In this document: in pieces, positions 28,353-38,464 of the stretch
Layout of the letters: each line of letters begins with the position of its first letter
Position numbering within the stretch: the first letter of the stretch is position 1
Assembly (NCBI GenBank): GCA_038801785.1
Contig: JAULTD010000003.1
Span: forward strand, 218,021-282,020
From: Candidatus Methanomethylicaceae archaeon GD_Cm_T35_P0_bin.15
GTDB lineage: Archaea; Thermoproteota; Methanomethylicia; Methanomethylicales; Methanomethylicaceae
Length of the DNA: 64,000 bases
Direction of reading: 5' to 3'
Program-made: the position numbers and the translations under genes
The notes under the pieces: generated by a model
Seen by the model: the letters and a program-made list of their open reading frames with translations, nothing else
The model's database searches: none
What the model was told of the DNA's origin: nothing

Positions 28353-29419
28353 AAGAGAGTATAACCAAGCTTCTCGCAAAGCAGGATCTCACCTCCGAAG
28401 AGGCGGAGGATGTCATGAACGAAATCCTCACGGGGAAGGCTTCTGAAGTCCAAACAGCAGCGTTTCTCACAGCTCTTGGAATGAAGGGCGAGACCGTAGA
28501 AGAACTCACCGCCTTTGCTTCTGCGATGCGGAAGTGCTCCATCCGGATCCACCCCAGAGTATCGGGTACACTCGTGGACACCTGTGGCACGGGGGGCGAC
28601 CGGCTCAAGGTGTTCAACGTCAGCACAATAGCTGCCTTCATTGCAGCGGGGGCGGGGATAGCAATCGCCAAGCACGGGAATCGCTCTGTTACAAGCAGGA
28701 GTGGTAGCGCTGATGTCCTAGAAGCGCTCGGGTTTAATTTGTCCATGCCTGCCACTCTCGTAGAGAGATCGATAGAGGCGGTGGGCATAGGCTTTATGTT
28801 TGCCCCGACGTTTCATCCAGCGATGAAGAATGTGGTCGGTGTAAGACGAGAGATGGGGGTCAGAACCACCTTCAACCTCCTGGGGCCTTTGACCAACCCT
28901 GCCGGCGCTGAGGCACAGCTTCTAGGGGTATACGACGGGCGGCTGACGGAGGGTTTGGCTAAGGTGCTGCATAACCTTGGTGTCAGAAGGGCCCTTGTGG
29001 TGCACGGATTAGACGGCCTAGACGAGATCTCCACCTTAGGGCAGACTAAAGCGACGTTTCTCGAGGACGGGGATGTTTCGACGTCGTACATACGGCCAGA
29101 AGATCTCGGGGTAAGAATGTCAAAGAGAGAAGAGCTCGAAGGGTGCACGCCTGAGGAGAGCGCATTAACGGTCTTCAGGATCCTCTATGAAGGAGTGTGC
29201 TCCGGGAGGCTCGGCCCAAAGTACGAACTAGCGCTGGTAAACGCAGCCGCAGCCATCCAGCTAGGGGGCGGAGCCGGGACGGTCGCCGAGGCGATGGAGG
29301 CTGCGAGAGAGTCGATCGAGAGCGGGTCTGCGTACAAAAAGCTAGTGTCCTTGATCTCTTTCAGTGGGGGGGATTTGTCAAAATTGGAGGTATTGGAAAA
29401 CTATGGCAGATTTTCTTGA
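28349..29419 (+). CDS. trpD: Anthranilate phosphoribosyltransferase
   Basis: Contains DTCGTGGD, KHGNRSVTS.SGSADVLEALG and NLLGPLTNP. Confidence 0.92.
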   Translation: MKESITKLLAKQDLTSEEAEDVMNEILTGKASEVQTAAFLTALGMKGETVEELTAFASAMRKCSIRIHPRVSGTLVDTCGTGGDRLKVFNVSTIAAFIAAGAGIAIAKHGNRSVTSRSGSADVLEALGFNLSMPATLVERSIEAVGIGFMFAPTFHPAMKNVVGVRREMGVRTTFNLLGPLTNPAGAEAQLLGVYDGRLTEGLAKVLHNLGVRRALVVHGLDGLDEISTLGQTKATFLEDGDVSTSYIRPEDLGVRMSKREELEGCTPEESALTVFRILYEGVCSGRLGPKYELALVNAAAAIQLGGGAGTVAEAMEAARESIESGSAYKKLVSLISFSGGDLSKLEVLENYGRFS

Positions 29420-30188
29420 TTTTTTGGCCAGAGACTCTAAAGCGACTTGCGAAAGCGGCTATTACCGAGCAGACTTGAGCGGACGAGGTAAGAGACATGA
29501 AAAACTCAGCTTGAAGGAGAGTGTCCTGAAGTGTACTAATGATGCCATCATCGCAGAGATCAAGAGGTCCTCTCCGTCCGTAGGCGTGATGATGAAAGTG
29601 GCGGATGCCAAGAGTTTTTCCTCTGCAGCAGAGAGGGGGGGCGCGGCGGGGATCTCGGTTTTAACTGAGCCGAGACATTTCGGGGGCTCCTTGTGCGATC
29701 TCATGCTTGTCAGGGAAAGTGCGTCTGTTCCACTTTTGATGAAAGACATCATCGTGGATCGAACCCAAGTGGATGCAGCATCACGCATTGGTGCTGACGC
29801 CGTGCTACTCATACAGACAGTCTTCGAGAGGCGCTATGCCGACTGCAGTCTAGAGGACATGATCGATTATGTACATTCCAAGCGAATGGAAGTGTTGCTA
29901 GAGGTTCACACGAAAGAGGAGTTCCGGACTGCGATCGGTCTCGATGTTGACCTGGTGGGGATAAACAACAGGGATCTCAGGACGCTTAAAGTTGACTTGC
30001 GCACGACCGAATGGATTCTCATGGAGCACGAAGGCCTGGAACGGGTGGTGGTGAGCGAGAGCGGGATCAGATCGCGAGCAGATGTGCTCTTTCTGAGGAG
30101 TGTTGGTGCCAAGGCATTCTTGGTCGGAACGGCAATCATGTTGGCCGGAAATGTGGAGATGAAGGTGAGGGAGCTGGCGGGGGCCTGA
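29403..30188 (+). CDS. trpC: Indole-3-glycerol phosphate synthase
   Basis: Contains IAEIKRSSPS, LTEPRHFGGS and GINNRDL. ATG 29403 (MADFLDF) is preferred over the track start. Confidence 0.9.
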   Translation: MADFLDFLARDSKATCESGYYRADLSGRGKRHEKLSLKESVLKCTNDAIIAEIKRSSPSVGVMMKVADAKSFSSAAERGGAAGISVLTEPRHFGGSLCDLMLVRESASVPLLMKDIIVDRTQVDAASRIGADAVLLIQTVFERRYADCSLEDMIDYVHSKRMEVLLEVHTKEEFRTAIGLDVDLVGINNRDLRTLKVDLRTTEWILMEHEGLERVVVSESGIRSRADVLFLRSVGAKAFLVGTAIMLAGNVEMKVRELAGA

Positions 30189-30192
30189 CGGT

Positions 30193-30825
30193 GTGAAGAT
30201 CAAGATCTGTGGTATAACAAGGGAGCGGGATCTCAAGGCGGCGGTTGAAGCAGGAGCAGACTCGCTTGGGTTCGTCGTAGGCGTGCCTTCTTCCGCAAGA
30301 AATTTGACTTTCCATGAGGCTAGAGAGCTCATTGCCAAGGCCCCAGCTGATGTGAGTTGCGTGGCCGTGACGGTTTTCAGCACGGTTTGGGAGCTGGACA
30401 GGATATATGAGGCGCTGAATCCAGACTACGTCCAGTTGCATGGTAGTTTACGAAGCTTCAAGTCAACCCTTGTGCCTTCCGACCGTATAATAAAGGCTGT
30501 TGATGGGGGATCGCCCGAGGCGCTCATGGCTTCTCTGGAAGCATCGAAAATTTTCCGGTACGTACTGTTGGACACTGTCGATAGCAACGGACTTGGAGGC
30601 ACGGGTATAACTCATGATTGGATCCAGAGCCGCAGGATTAGAGACGTGATTTACCCTTCGCGATTGATACTGGCTGGAGGACTGACCCCCGAGAACGTAT
30701 GCATGGCGGCAGAGGTGGTAAAGCCGTACGGAGTTGATGTCTCGAGTGGGGTGGAGAGGAAGCCGGGGATCAAGGATCATGATAAGGTCTTCGAATTTGT
30801 CAGGAGGGCAAAGAGGGTCAAATGA
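30193..30825 (+). CDS. trpF: Phosphoribosylanthranilate isomerase
   Basis: MKIKICGIT ... GADSLGFV ... QLHG ... LAGGL ... GVDVSSGVE. Confidence 0.9.
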   Translation: MKIKICGITRERDLKAAVEAGADSLGFVVGVPSSARNLTFHEARELIAKAPADVSCVAVTVFSTVWELDRIYEALNPDYVQLHGSLRSFKSTLVPSDRIIKAVDGGSPEALMASLEASKIFRYVLLDTVDSNGLGGTGITHDWIQSRRIRDVIYPSRLILAGGLTPENVCMAAEVVKPYGVDVSSGVERKPGIKDHDKVFEFVRRAKRVK

Positions 30826-32021
30826 GCTTTAGAGAAGGGTGCCGATCGAAGGGGAAGTTTGGGAAATTCGGCGGCAGATTTGTCCCAGAGACGTTGGTTC
30901 CAGCACTGGATGAACTTGAGGAAGCCTATGCGAAGTTTAGAACCGATGCAGGGTTCAGGGGGAAGCTTGAGTATTATTTGAAAGAGTTCGCAGGTCGGCC
31001 CACTCCTCTCTACTTCGCTTCTAACCTCACCAAAAAACTTGGCGGGCCCAGGATCTTTCTTAAGAGGGAGGACATGGGGCATGGCGGGGCCCACAAGATA
31101 AACAACACATTGGGCCAAGCGCTTCTTGCTAAGAGCATGGGCAAGAGAAGGGTTATCGCCGAGACCGGTGCGGGACAGCATGGTGTGGCCACCGCAATGG
31201 CTTGTGCTGCGCTGGGCTTGAAGGCGGAGATCTACATGGGCAGGGAGGATATGGAGAGACAGAGGCTGAACGTCTTCAGGATGAAGCTGCTTGGTGCAGA
31301 GGTCCATGCTGTAGACTCGGGCTCCCGCACGCTGAAAGATGCTATTAATGAGTCCTTGCGCGACTGGGTGACGAATGTGAAGACGACTCACTACCTGATA
31401 GGATCGGTTGTGGGGCCGCACCCTTACCCGACAATGGTGAGGGATTTCCAGAGCGTAATCGGGCATGAGGTCAAACGGCAGATCCTTGAGAAGGAGCGGA
31501 GACTCCCGGATGCGCTAGTCGCCTGCGTGGGAGGGGGGAGCAATGCGATTGGGCTCTTCTACCCGTTCATTGAAGAACGCGGCATTCGGATGTACGGCGT
31601 GGAGGCGGGAGGGGAGGGTCTTGAGACGGGAAGACATGCTGCACCGATCTGCGCTGGCTCCGAGGGAGTATTCCACGGTATGCTGACTTATCTGATGCAG
31701 GACGAGGACGGTCAGATACTTCGGACCCACAGTATCTCTGCGGGGCTTGACTATCCTGGCGTGGGGCCCGAACATAGTTTCCTGAAGAGCATAGGCCGGG
31801 TCGAATACGATGTGGTCACAGACAGAGAGGCTCTGGAAGCATTCAGTGATCTGTCCAAGGTTGAGGGGATCATCCCGGCACTGGAGTCGTCCCATGCAGT
31901 GGCATATGCTAAGAAACTGTCAGAGAGGATGGACAGGGACGAGATCATGGTGGTAAACCTGTCTGGAAGAGGTGACAAGGACGTAGAGACGGTTTCGACG
32001 GCTATGGGGGGAGAGACATGA
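30822..32021 (+). CDS. trpB: Tryptophan synthase beta chain
   Basis: Contains [33 protein letters not shown] and GGGSNAIG. Confidence 0.95.
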   Translation: MSFREGCRSKGKFGKFGGRFVPETLVPALDELEEAYAKFRTDAGFRGKLEYYLKEFAGRPTPLYFASNLTKKLGGPRIFLKREDMGHGGAHKINNTLGQALLAKSMGKRRVIAETGAGQHGVATAMACAALGLKAEIYMGREDMERQRLNVFRMKLLGAEVHAVDSGSRTLKDAINESLRDWVTNVKTTHYLIGSVVGPHPYPTMVRDFQSVIGHEVKRQILEKERRLPDALVACVGGGSNAIGLFYPFIEERGIRMYGVEAGGEGLETGRHAAPICAGSEGVFHGMLTYLMQDEDGQILRTHSISAGLDYPGVGPEHSFLKSIGRVEYDVVTDREALEAFSDLSKVEGIIPALESSHAVAYAKKLSERMDRDEIMVVNLSGRGDKDVETVSTAMGGET

Positions 32022-32827
32022 GTATCAAGGAGACTTTCAGTAGTCTGAAGAAGCGGGGTGAAGGAGCACTTGTTGCGTACATTACGGGCGGAGATCCTAC
32101 ACCGAAATACACGTTGAGGCTTGTGGAGGCCCTCCAAAGAGGCGGAGCGGACATAATAGAAATTGGTGTGCCGTTCTCCGATCCCATAGCAGACGGCCCG
32201 ATAATACAGGCGGCGTACTGTCGTGCACTGGATGCCAGTACGACCCCCCACACCATACTCGATATCGTTGAGGATGCAAAGAGGAAGAGTGACGTGCCCA
32301 TAGTGCTGATGACGTACTACAACATTGTATATAGGAGGGGTATCAAGGAGTTCCTGACTAAAGCAAACAGGCATAAGGTCGATGGGCTAATCATACCGGA
32401 CCTCCCTGTTGAGGAGGCGGCAGACTACCAAGCAGCCGCCAATAAGGAAGGACTAAGCACGATATTCCTTGCCACACCATTGACCTCAATAAGAAGACTC
32501 AAGGTCATTCTAGAGTCTACCTCAGGCTTCCTTTACCTAGTTTCAGTACTGGGCACCACAGGGGCTAGGGATCACATTGCCAACCTGACGACCCAGACAA
32601 TAATGCGGTTTCACAGTCACACTGTTAACACCATTCCGTTGGCAGTAGGTTTTGGGATCTCGCAGCCGGAGCATGTCAAGATAGTGATAGGTTACGGTGC
32701 GGAGGCAGCCATTGTAGGCAGTGCCTTTGTGAAGAAAATTCAGGATAATTTGGGCCGCCCGATCAAAATGGTTGATGAGGTATTGGCACTAGTTCAGAGT
32801 CTTAAGGCGGCAACGCGCCCATCGTGA
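32018..32827 (+). CDS. trpA: Tryptophan synthase alpha chain
   Basis: Contains [22 protein letters not shown] and GFGIS. Start overlaps the trpB stop. Confidence 0.92.
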   Translation: MSIKETFSSLKKRGEGALVAYITGGDPTPKYTLRLVEALQRGGADIIEIGVPFSDPIADGPIIQAAYCRALDASTTPHTILDIVEDAKRKSDVPIVLMTYYNIVYRRGIKEFLTKANRHKVDGLIIPDLPVEEAADYQAAANKEGLSTIFLATPLTSIRRLKVILESTSGFLYLVSVLGTTGARDHIANLTTQTIMRFHSHTVNTIPLAVGFGISQPEHVKIVIGYGAEAAIVGSAFVKKIQDNLGRPIKMVDEVLALVQSLKAATRPS

Positions 32828-32999
32828 CTAGGATTTAGAGTACGCATTTACTGCATCGAGGTGGCTTCTGTTATGAGTATATGGTAGGTCTGCCCACTTA
32901 TATTAGATGATAAGTTGAACGCCGATTCATAGGTGCACCCTTATCAGGATCGCTGCATACCGCAAAAGCCTAAATATTCGCCAACTTGAGTATAACCTA

Positions 33000-33566
33000 G
33001 TGCGGATTATGTCTCAAGAGAAATACTGCCGTTACTGCGGAGCCCCGCTTACAGAGGGCGCAAAGTTCTGCCCCAACTGCGGCAGGCCCGTGGGTCCGAC
33101 TACGTCCGCCTACGCCACGGCGCCGACCCTCCCGCCTCGCGAACGTAGGGAGAAGGAGGAGAAGGGCGAGAAGCAGGAGAAGGAGGAGAAGGGCGAGAAG
33201 CAGGAGAAGGGGAGGGAGGGGAGTGTAGTTGGCCCGGTCTTTGGGGGGCTGATACTGATCTGGCTTGGGCTGTCATTCTACCTAGGAACGTCCTACGGAA
33301 TACAGAACTGGTGGAGCGTATTCATGACAGGTCTAGGAACCATACTCATCCTCTGGGGGACGATACTCTCCGCCAGGAGGGGACACATCCCGCCGTATCT
33401 GGGCTTCCTCATCGGCGGCACGGTGGTATTCCTGATAGGGTTCTCGGGGGTCGCCGAAAGTTGGGGATGGTGGCGCGGAGGGTGGTGGTGGCTCTTCTTC
33501 ATAGCCCTCGGCATAATCATAATAATCCTGGCTGTAACGGCTAGGAGAAGGGTACCGCCCACCTGA
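33000..33566 (+). CDS. Zinc-ribbon membrane protein with tandem EKEEKGEKQ repeat
   Basis: N-terminal CRYCG..x..CPNCG zinc ribbon, an acidic/basic repeat linker, then 4-5 predicted TM helices rich in W/G. Confidence 0.6.
   Translation: MRIMSQEKYCRYCGAPLTEGAKFCPNCGRPVGPTTSAYATAPTLPPRERREKEEKGEKQEKEEKGEKQEKGREGSVVGPVFGGLILIWLGLSFYLGTSYGIQNWWSVFMTGLGTILILWGTILSARRGHIPPYLGFLIGGTVVFLIGFSGVAESWGWWRGGWWWLFFIALGIIIIILAVTARRRVPPT
33151..33204 (+). repeat. Perfect 27-bp x2 tandem duplication inside the CDS
   Basis: GAGAAGGAGGAGAAGGGCGAGAAGCAG occurs at 33151-33177 and again at 33178-33204. Confidence 0.9.
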
Positions 33567-34686
33567 TCCTGCCCGAGACGATATTGAAGAGGACATGCTC
33601 CAGGACGGTCCGCCTACTGGCCCTGCCGAAGATGCGGAAGTAGCCCTTGCCAGCCGACTCGATCAGGTCGCCTATGTCGTACCGGGGGAAGAGGCTTCCG
33701 GAGATGATGAGCCTCCCCCACTCGCCGGCCTCGAGCTCGTGGAGCTGCTTTATGCCCCTCCTGGTCAGGACCTCGAAGAAATAGGTGTCGTAGTTGGGGC
33801 AGACATAAGGGTGATCGTCCAGCTGCTGGGCGAAGACGCCCTCCGTGGCGGTGTACATCTCCACCAGGGGCGCGTTGCCGTAGAGTCTCCGCAGATATGG
33901 CGCATAGTTGGTCTGTATCTTTGCCACACTCGTGCAGAGGATCGCTTCGATCTGCCATAGGTCCTTCGGAAGAACCCTGTGCTTCTTCCTGACGTACTCG
34001 GCGAAGGCGGTGATGACGGGCACGACCCCCATTGTGCTCTTCACGTCCTGATCCTTGGCCCTCTGGTATACCAGCTCGAAGCGCCGTTCCCAGTCCTGTT
34101 TCTTGATGCCCCCGCCGAGCTCGTCGATCTCCTCCTGCCTCGGCACCAAGCCCACAGACCCCAGCTCGGGGTGGAACTTTGCATATGTGCCTGAACTGTA
34201 GCCGTAGGGCTCGTCTCCCTCGGGGGTTCTAAGGACGCCGACCTCCGAGGGGAAGTTGAGGTTGAGGACCCAGCCCTCCAGGATGCTGGTGCTGCCTCTC
34301 CTGAGGGCATGGTTGACGATGGCCCGGGCGCCGTTGGAGAGTATCTCGGCCAAGTGGGTCTCGGTAGCCGGTATGAGCTTCGACACGCCTGTCGTCCCCC
34401 GCGTCATCACCCACCTCACCACCGGCTCTGGCAGGAGCGCCGAGTAATTTCCGGCCTTGACCGCCTCGAGGTAGGGCGCAAGGTCCCGGTAACTCACTAT
34501 GGGGAACGATGCCTGGAAAGATCTGATGCATCGGATCTCCCCCGCTCCCCGGCTTCTCCCGTAATCGGTCGCAGCGTATCCGGAGAGGAGCCTCTGCAGG
34601 GTCTCCTCCTGGGCCCCCGCCGGATCAGCGAGGGATCTGTACCAGGGCTCGACGATCGGCTTCAGGAGATCTGCGGGATCGGCCAT
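33541..34686 (-). CDS. GH3-family (acyl-adenylate-forming) protein, short form
   Basis: N-terminal pattern (QEETLQRLL...ATDYG ... FQASFPIVSYRDL ... TRGTTGVSKLIP) resembles the bacterial/archaeal GH3 family. At 381 aa it lacks the usual C-terminal domain. Confidence 0.55.
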   Translation of the reverse strand: MADPADLLKPIVEPWYRSLADPAGAQEETLQRLLSGYAATDYGRSRGAGEIRCIRSFQASFPIVSYRDLAPYLEAVKAGNYSALLPEPVVRWVMTRGTTGVSKLIPATETHLAEILSNGARAIVNHALRRGSTSILEGWVLNLNFPSEVGVLRTPEGDEPYGYSSGTYAKFHPELGSVGLVPRQEEIDELGGGIKKQDWERRFELVYQRAKDQDVKSTMGVVPVITAFAEYVRKKHRVLPKDLWQIEAILCTSVAKIQTNYAPYLRRLYGNAPLVEMYTATEGVFAQQLDDHPYVCPNYDTYFFEVLTRRGIKQLHELEAGEWGRLIISGSLFPRYDIGDLIESAGKGYFRIFGRASRRTVLEHVLFNIVSGRIRWAVPFS

Positions 34687-34781
34687 CCTCTGCTCACAGA
34701 GAGATGATAGTGCGCGCTATTTAAAAATTAGGCGGGGCGGCAGTGCCCTAATTAGGGAGACGGAGGAGTAGATAGTGGTGG

Positions 34782-35156
34782 ATGCGTCTGATTCTGCGGG
34801 TAAAACGGGTCTACGAGGAAGCGAGGGACGAGGACGGCCTGAGGGTTCTTGTTGACCGGCTCTGGCCCCGCGGCCTGAGGAAGGACAGGGCGGACGTCGA
34901 TCTCTGGCTGAGGGAGGCCGCCCCCAGCGATGCACTCAGGAAGTGGTACGGCCACGACCCCTCCAGGTGGGAGGAGTTCAAGAGGAGGTACTTTGCTGAG
35001 CTGGAAGGGAAGGGAGATGTCGTGGACCAGATTGTGCGTAGACTCGATGAAGGGGCGGTGACCCTGCTCTTCTCGACGCGCGAGCTGGAGAAGAACAACG
35101 CTGTCGCCCTGAAGGAGTACCTAGAGAGGAGGGCCGGCGGACATCGCAAGGGTTGA
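34782..35156 (+). CDS. DUF488 (YeaO-like) family protein
   Basis: KRVYEEARDEDGLRVLVDRLWPRGLRK ... W.KE.APS..LRKWYGHDP..W..F. Confidence 0.75.
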   Translation: MRLILRVKRVYEEARDEDGLRVLVDRLWPRGLRKDRADVDLWLREAAPSDALRKWYGHDPSRWEEFKRRYFAELEGKGDVVDQIVRRLDEGAVTLLFSTRELEKNNAVALKEYLERRAGGHRKG

Positions 35157-35208
35157 TGCCGGCGTAGCGCCTAGATAAGGATTAATAGCGGTCTGAGAAG
35201 GATAAATC

Positions 35209-36012
35209 ATGGATGGCATCTTGGAGCAGCTCGTCATGGGGGCTGTCCAAGGGATCGCCGAGTGGCTGCCGATAAACATGGAGAAGCTCCTTGTCCTGTT
35301 GTCGGGATGCCTATTCGGCGGCAGCTGGGGGGAGGTAGAGGTATGTGCGGCCGGCGAGGCGGCAGCCCTCCGGACAGGCTCATCCCTAGCCATCATCGTC
35401 TACTTTCACAGGGAGATCATAGTCCTAGGCGGGTCGCTCATCAGGTATGATCGTGCGAAGAAGAGGAACCAGATCGCCCTGCGGTTCTTGGTCATATCAT
35501 CCATAATCAGCATACTACTGTGGCCCGCCGTCTGCAGATCGCTGGCAGGGACTGATCTGTGCCACTACCTCGGGAGGGGGATCACGATCGCCACCGTGGC
35601 CCTCCTCGGGCTTACTGCTCTGCTCCGGCTGAGGACGCGGGATAGGCCCATAAAGAAGTCGTGGGACCTGAAGACGTTCGACGGCGTCCTGCTAGGCCTC
35701 GTGCAGGGGATCTCGATGCTGCCGGGACTCTCGAGGACGGGCCTTACCGTATCGTCGCTCCTGATCAGGAAGTTCGACAACCCGTGCGCGCTGAAGCTCA
35801 GTTTTCTGATGGGGCTCCCGGTGCTGCTCTCGTACAGTATCTCGGAGATGTGGGGCGCCACCTTTGAGGCAGGGTCTATCATCGGCCTCCTCACATCGCT
35901 CGTGTTCGGCCTTGCGACCATCCACCTGCTCATGAAGTTCTCGCGCAGGGTGGATTACGGGCTCTTCGTAGTCACCTTTGCCGTATTCACCCTGCTCTCC
36001 CTTTTTGTATGA
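35209..36012 (+). CDS. uppP: Undecaprenyl-diphosphatase (BacA/UppP)
   Basis: Polytopic membrane protein with QGIAEWLPI and MLPGLSRTGLT motifs. Confidence 0.78.
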   Translation: MDGILEQLVMGAVQGIAEWLPINMEKLLVLLSGCLFGGSWGEVEVCAAGEAAALRTGSSLAIIVYFHREIIVLGGSLIRYDRAKKRNQIALRFLVISSIISILLWPAVCRSLAGTDLCHYLGRGITIATVALLGLTALLRLRTRDRPIKKSWDLKTFDGVLLGLVQGISMLPGLSRTGLTVSSLLIRKFDNPCALKLSFLMGLPVLLSYSISEMWGATFEAGSIIGLLTSLVFGLATIHLLMKFSRRVDYGLFVVTFAVFTLLSLFV

Positions 36013-36084
36013 CATGCGGGCTTGGCTGCCAGTTTTGTCCAGTCCGCAGGGGTAGGCTCTCGCCGGGGCGGCGCCCGTTCGCAG

Positions 36085-36531
36085 TCAGTCGCAGAAGTGG
36101 ACGACCATCACTAGACACCTTGCATTGTTGGCAACCGTATTGGCGACGCTCCCCATCAGGAACTCCCGGATGCGGCTCTTCCCCTTTGACCCTACCACAA
36201 TGAGGTCAAATCCCTCGGACTCTGCTATGCCCACAATCTTCATACCCGGGTTGCCGACCGAGAAGTCGGTCCTCGCCGTGGCGGTCACGCCACAGGCTTC
36301 AGCCATCCTCCTGGCGTCCTCAACAATCTTGTCGCCGGCCTCCTCGAGCTGCCGGGTGGCAGTCGGCATGGCACCTATATCGGAAGAGGGGGGAAGGGCC
36401 ACCACATGGAGTATGGTGAGCTCGGCGTTGAACTGTTTTGCAAAAGTGCATGACCATTCGACGGCGGTCTTCATGTACTCTGAACCGTCGACCGGGGCGA
36501 GTATCTTCCTTATCTCCCTTATGGTGCCCAT
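36085..36531 (-). CDS. Universal stress protein (UspA family)
   Basis: ILAPVDGSE ... LTILHV ... DLIVVGSKGKSRIREFLMGSVA. Confidence 0.85.
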   Translation of the reverse strand: MGTIREIRKILAPVDGSEYMKTAVEWSCTFAKQFNAELTILHVVALPPSSDIGAMPTATRQLEEAGDKIVEDARRMAEACGVTATARTDFSVGNPGMKIVGIAESEGFDLIVVGSKGKSRIREFLMGSVANTVANNARCLVMVVHFCD

Positions 36532-36744
36532 GACTAAAGTTGGCGGCTGAAGGGATTAAAGGTTTCCGTTCGTTTCGCGCCAAGACGGCCTGAGGGGAAA
36601 AGGGGGCGGGTTCGCTTCTCCGTCCCTTCGTTACTCCATTATTTCATTATTTCATTCTTTTGTTTGTTTGTTATTTGTTTGTTATTTTGTTCTTTCCCCT
36701 TCATCCCATCCCTCTCCGACCGCGCTCCCGCCCGCCGATCCGCT

Positions 36745-38460
36745 TCAGGGGGCGGGCGAGAAGTCGACCAGATGGATGAAGTGTTCGATGACCGATGGGT
36801 CATCCACCTCTGCCCTCAGGTCATCGGCGCTCCGGAAGGGCCTCCCCCTGAGGAGGCGGACGGCCCTCTTTGCGCCTATACCTGGTATAGATTCCAGCTC
36901 CTTCAGCCTGAGAGAGTTTATCTTTATCGGGCAGGGGAGGGCGCAGACTGAGCGGGGACCGTGGGAGAGGACGGCGACGTCTGTGAATATGCCTACGGGC
37001 ATGGCTCTCGGGAGGGCGACGAGGACGGGGTAGGAGCCGATCTGCCTGGCCCAGGTCATGTTACCCTCGACCAGCTCGGTCCGGATGTCCCGCAGGACCG
37101 TCCACTCAGGTACGACCCGTTGCAGCATCGGCTCGTCAACCTCGGAACGCATGCGCATCTTGTGGCGTATGAAGAGGTGCCTGTGGCTGGAGGTGGGGCG
37201 GGCGGCCGTGCTCTCCAGCGCGGTGCCGGGGAGGACCATCACCTGCCTCAGGTTTATCCGCCTGACCATGAGACCCGAGTCGAGGACCCTCTTCATAAAC
37301 TCGAGGTTCGAGTCGTAAGTGCGCTCCGTCTCTCCGGCGAGCCCGTATACAAAGTTGACCCCGGGGAGGAGGTGGGGCATACCGTTCTCCCCCCTCGCCC
37401 TGCCGACCTTGTTTATTATTGAGATGGCCTCGAATGCGCCCTCCGGGCCCACCTTGAGGTTGTTCCGGCGTATCACCTCCTCATCGGTTGACTCGATCCC
37501 GAGGGCGGCGACGTCCCCGGGGGTGTGGTTCGCGACGATCACCGAGAGGGCGGCCTCCGAGAGGGACGGGTGGTTGTAGATGGTCCCGGGGTTGATGTTG
37601 TCTATATGGAGGACCCTCAGCGAGGGGGCCGCGGACCTGACCGCTGAGAAGAGGCGCTTGAGGCATCCGGGGTCAGGCGGCGGGTACTCCGAGCCGGAGG
37701 AGGGATCGGAACCGTAGACGAGAAGGTCGGGCTGCCTGCCGATCCTAAAGTTGACTGCGCCTGCGGAGGAGAGGGCGGCAACCTCGTCGGCGATGTCCTC
37801 GACGGGCCGGTAGTCGGGGGGTCCGCGTGAGGGCTCGGTGCAGAAGGAGCAGCCGCCGCTCACAGCGCGCGGGCATCCCCGGTAAGTCTCGATCTCGCAG
37901 ATCAGGCCTGACGGGTAGAACGGATGCTGCTGGATGATCCTGGCGCCCCGGACCGCAAAGTCGCAGATATCCTTCCCGCTCTCCCTCAGGGCGCCAGTAT
38001 TGCCGTCGAACCTGTCCTCCAAGAGACGATAGACGACAATCTCGGGATCCCCCGTTATGACGTAGTCATAGAGGTCGGGAAGCTCCCTCGGGATCGAGGC
38101 GGTACTTCCTCCCCCGCTGCCGAAGCCGAAGCGCGCTGCCGGACCGCAGATCGCCTTGTATTTGGAGCCGAGCCTTGAGGGGAGGGAGAGAGCGTCCTTG
38201 ATGGTGGCGGGTGCGCCCGAGAGGTACTTACCCGGAACCGTGACGCCCGCTATGAGAACCGAGAGGTCGGCGGAGGAGGAGACGCTCAGGACGGCCTGGG
38301 GGCTCCGCCGCACCTCGTCGATTGTCATGTAAAAGACCTCGGCGTAGGGGTCGTGGCACCAGACCGCCCCTGCGATGTAGCGCGGGTAGACATCGATGAA
38401 GGGGGGGACGCCCAACCCGGCAGGCTCGTCGGTGTAGCCGTCCACTATCAGGACGCGCAC
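36745..38460 (-). CDS. Radical SAM domain protein with C-terminal helix-hairpin-helix
   Basis: Cys cluster region ETYRGCPRAVSGGCSFC, a TIM-barrel-like core, and a C-terminal HhH (LESIPGIGAKRAVRLL). Confidence 0.7.
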   Translation of the reverse strand: MRVLIVDGYTDEPAGLGVPPFIDVYPRYIAGAVWCHDPYAEVFYMTIDEVRRSPQAVLSVSSSADLSVLIAGVTVPGKYLSGAPATIKDALSLPSRLGSKYKAICGPAARFGFGSGGGSTASIPRELPDLYDYVITGDPEIVVYRLLEDRFDGNTGALRESGKDICDFAVRGARIIQQHPFYPSGLICEIETYRGCPRAVSGGCSFCTEPSRGPPDYRPVEDIADEVAALSSAGAVNFRIGRQPDLLVYGSDPSSGSEYPPPDPGCLKRLFSAVRSAAPSLRVLHIDNINPGTIYNHPSLSEAALSVIVANHTPGDVAALGIESTDEEVIRRNNLKVGPEGAFEAISIINKVGRARGENGMPHLLPGVNFVYGLAGETERTYDSNLEFMKRVLDSGLMVRRINLRQVMVLPGTALESTAARPTSSHRHLFIRHKMRMRSEVDEPMLQRVVPEWTVLRDIRTELVEGNMTWARQIGSYPVLVALPRAMPVGIFTDVAVLSHGPRSVCALPCPIKINSLRLKELESIPGIGAKRAVRLLRGRPFRSADDLRAEVDDPSVIEHFIHLVDFSPAP

Positions 38461-38464
38461 CCGT

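Noticed and set aside
36620-36720. T-rich repetitive tract (ATTATTTC x2, TGTTTGTT repeats) as a functional repeat element
   Set aside because: It is simple-sequence low complexity between two minus-strand genes. It is most simply an AT-rich promoter or spacer region and terminator for antisense read-through, with no defined unit structure.
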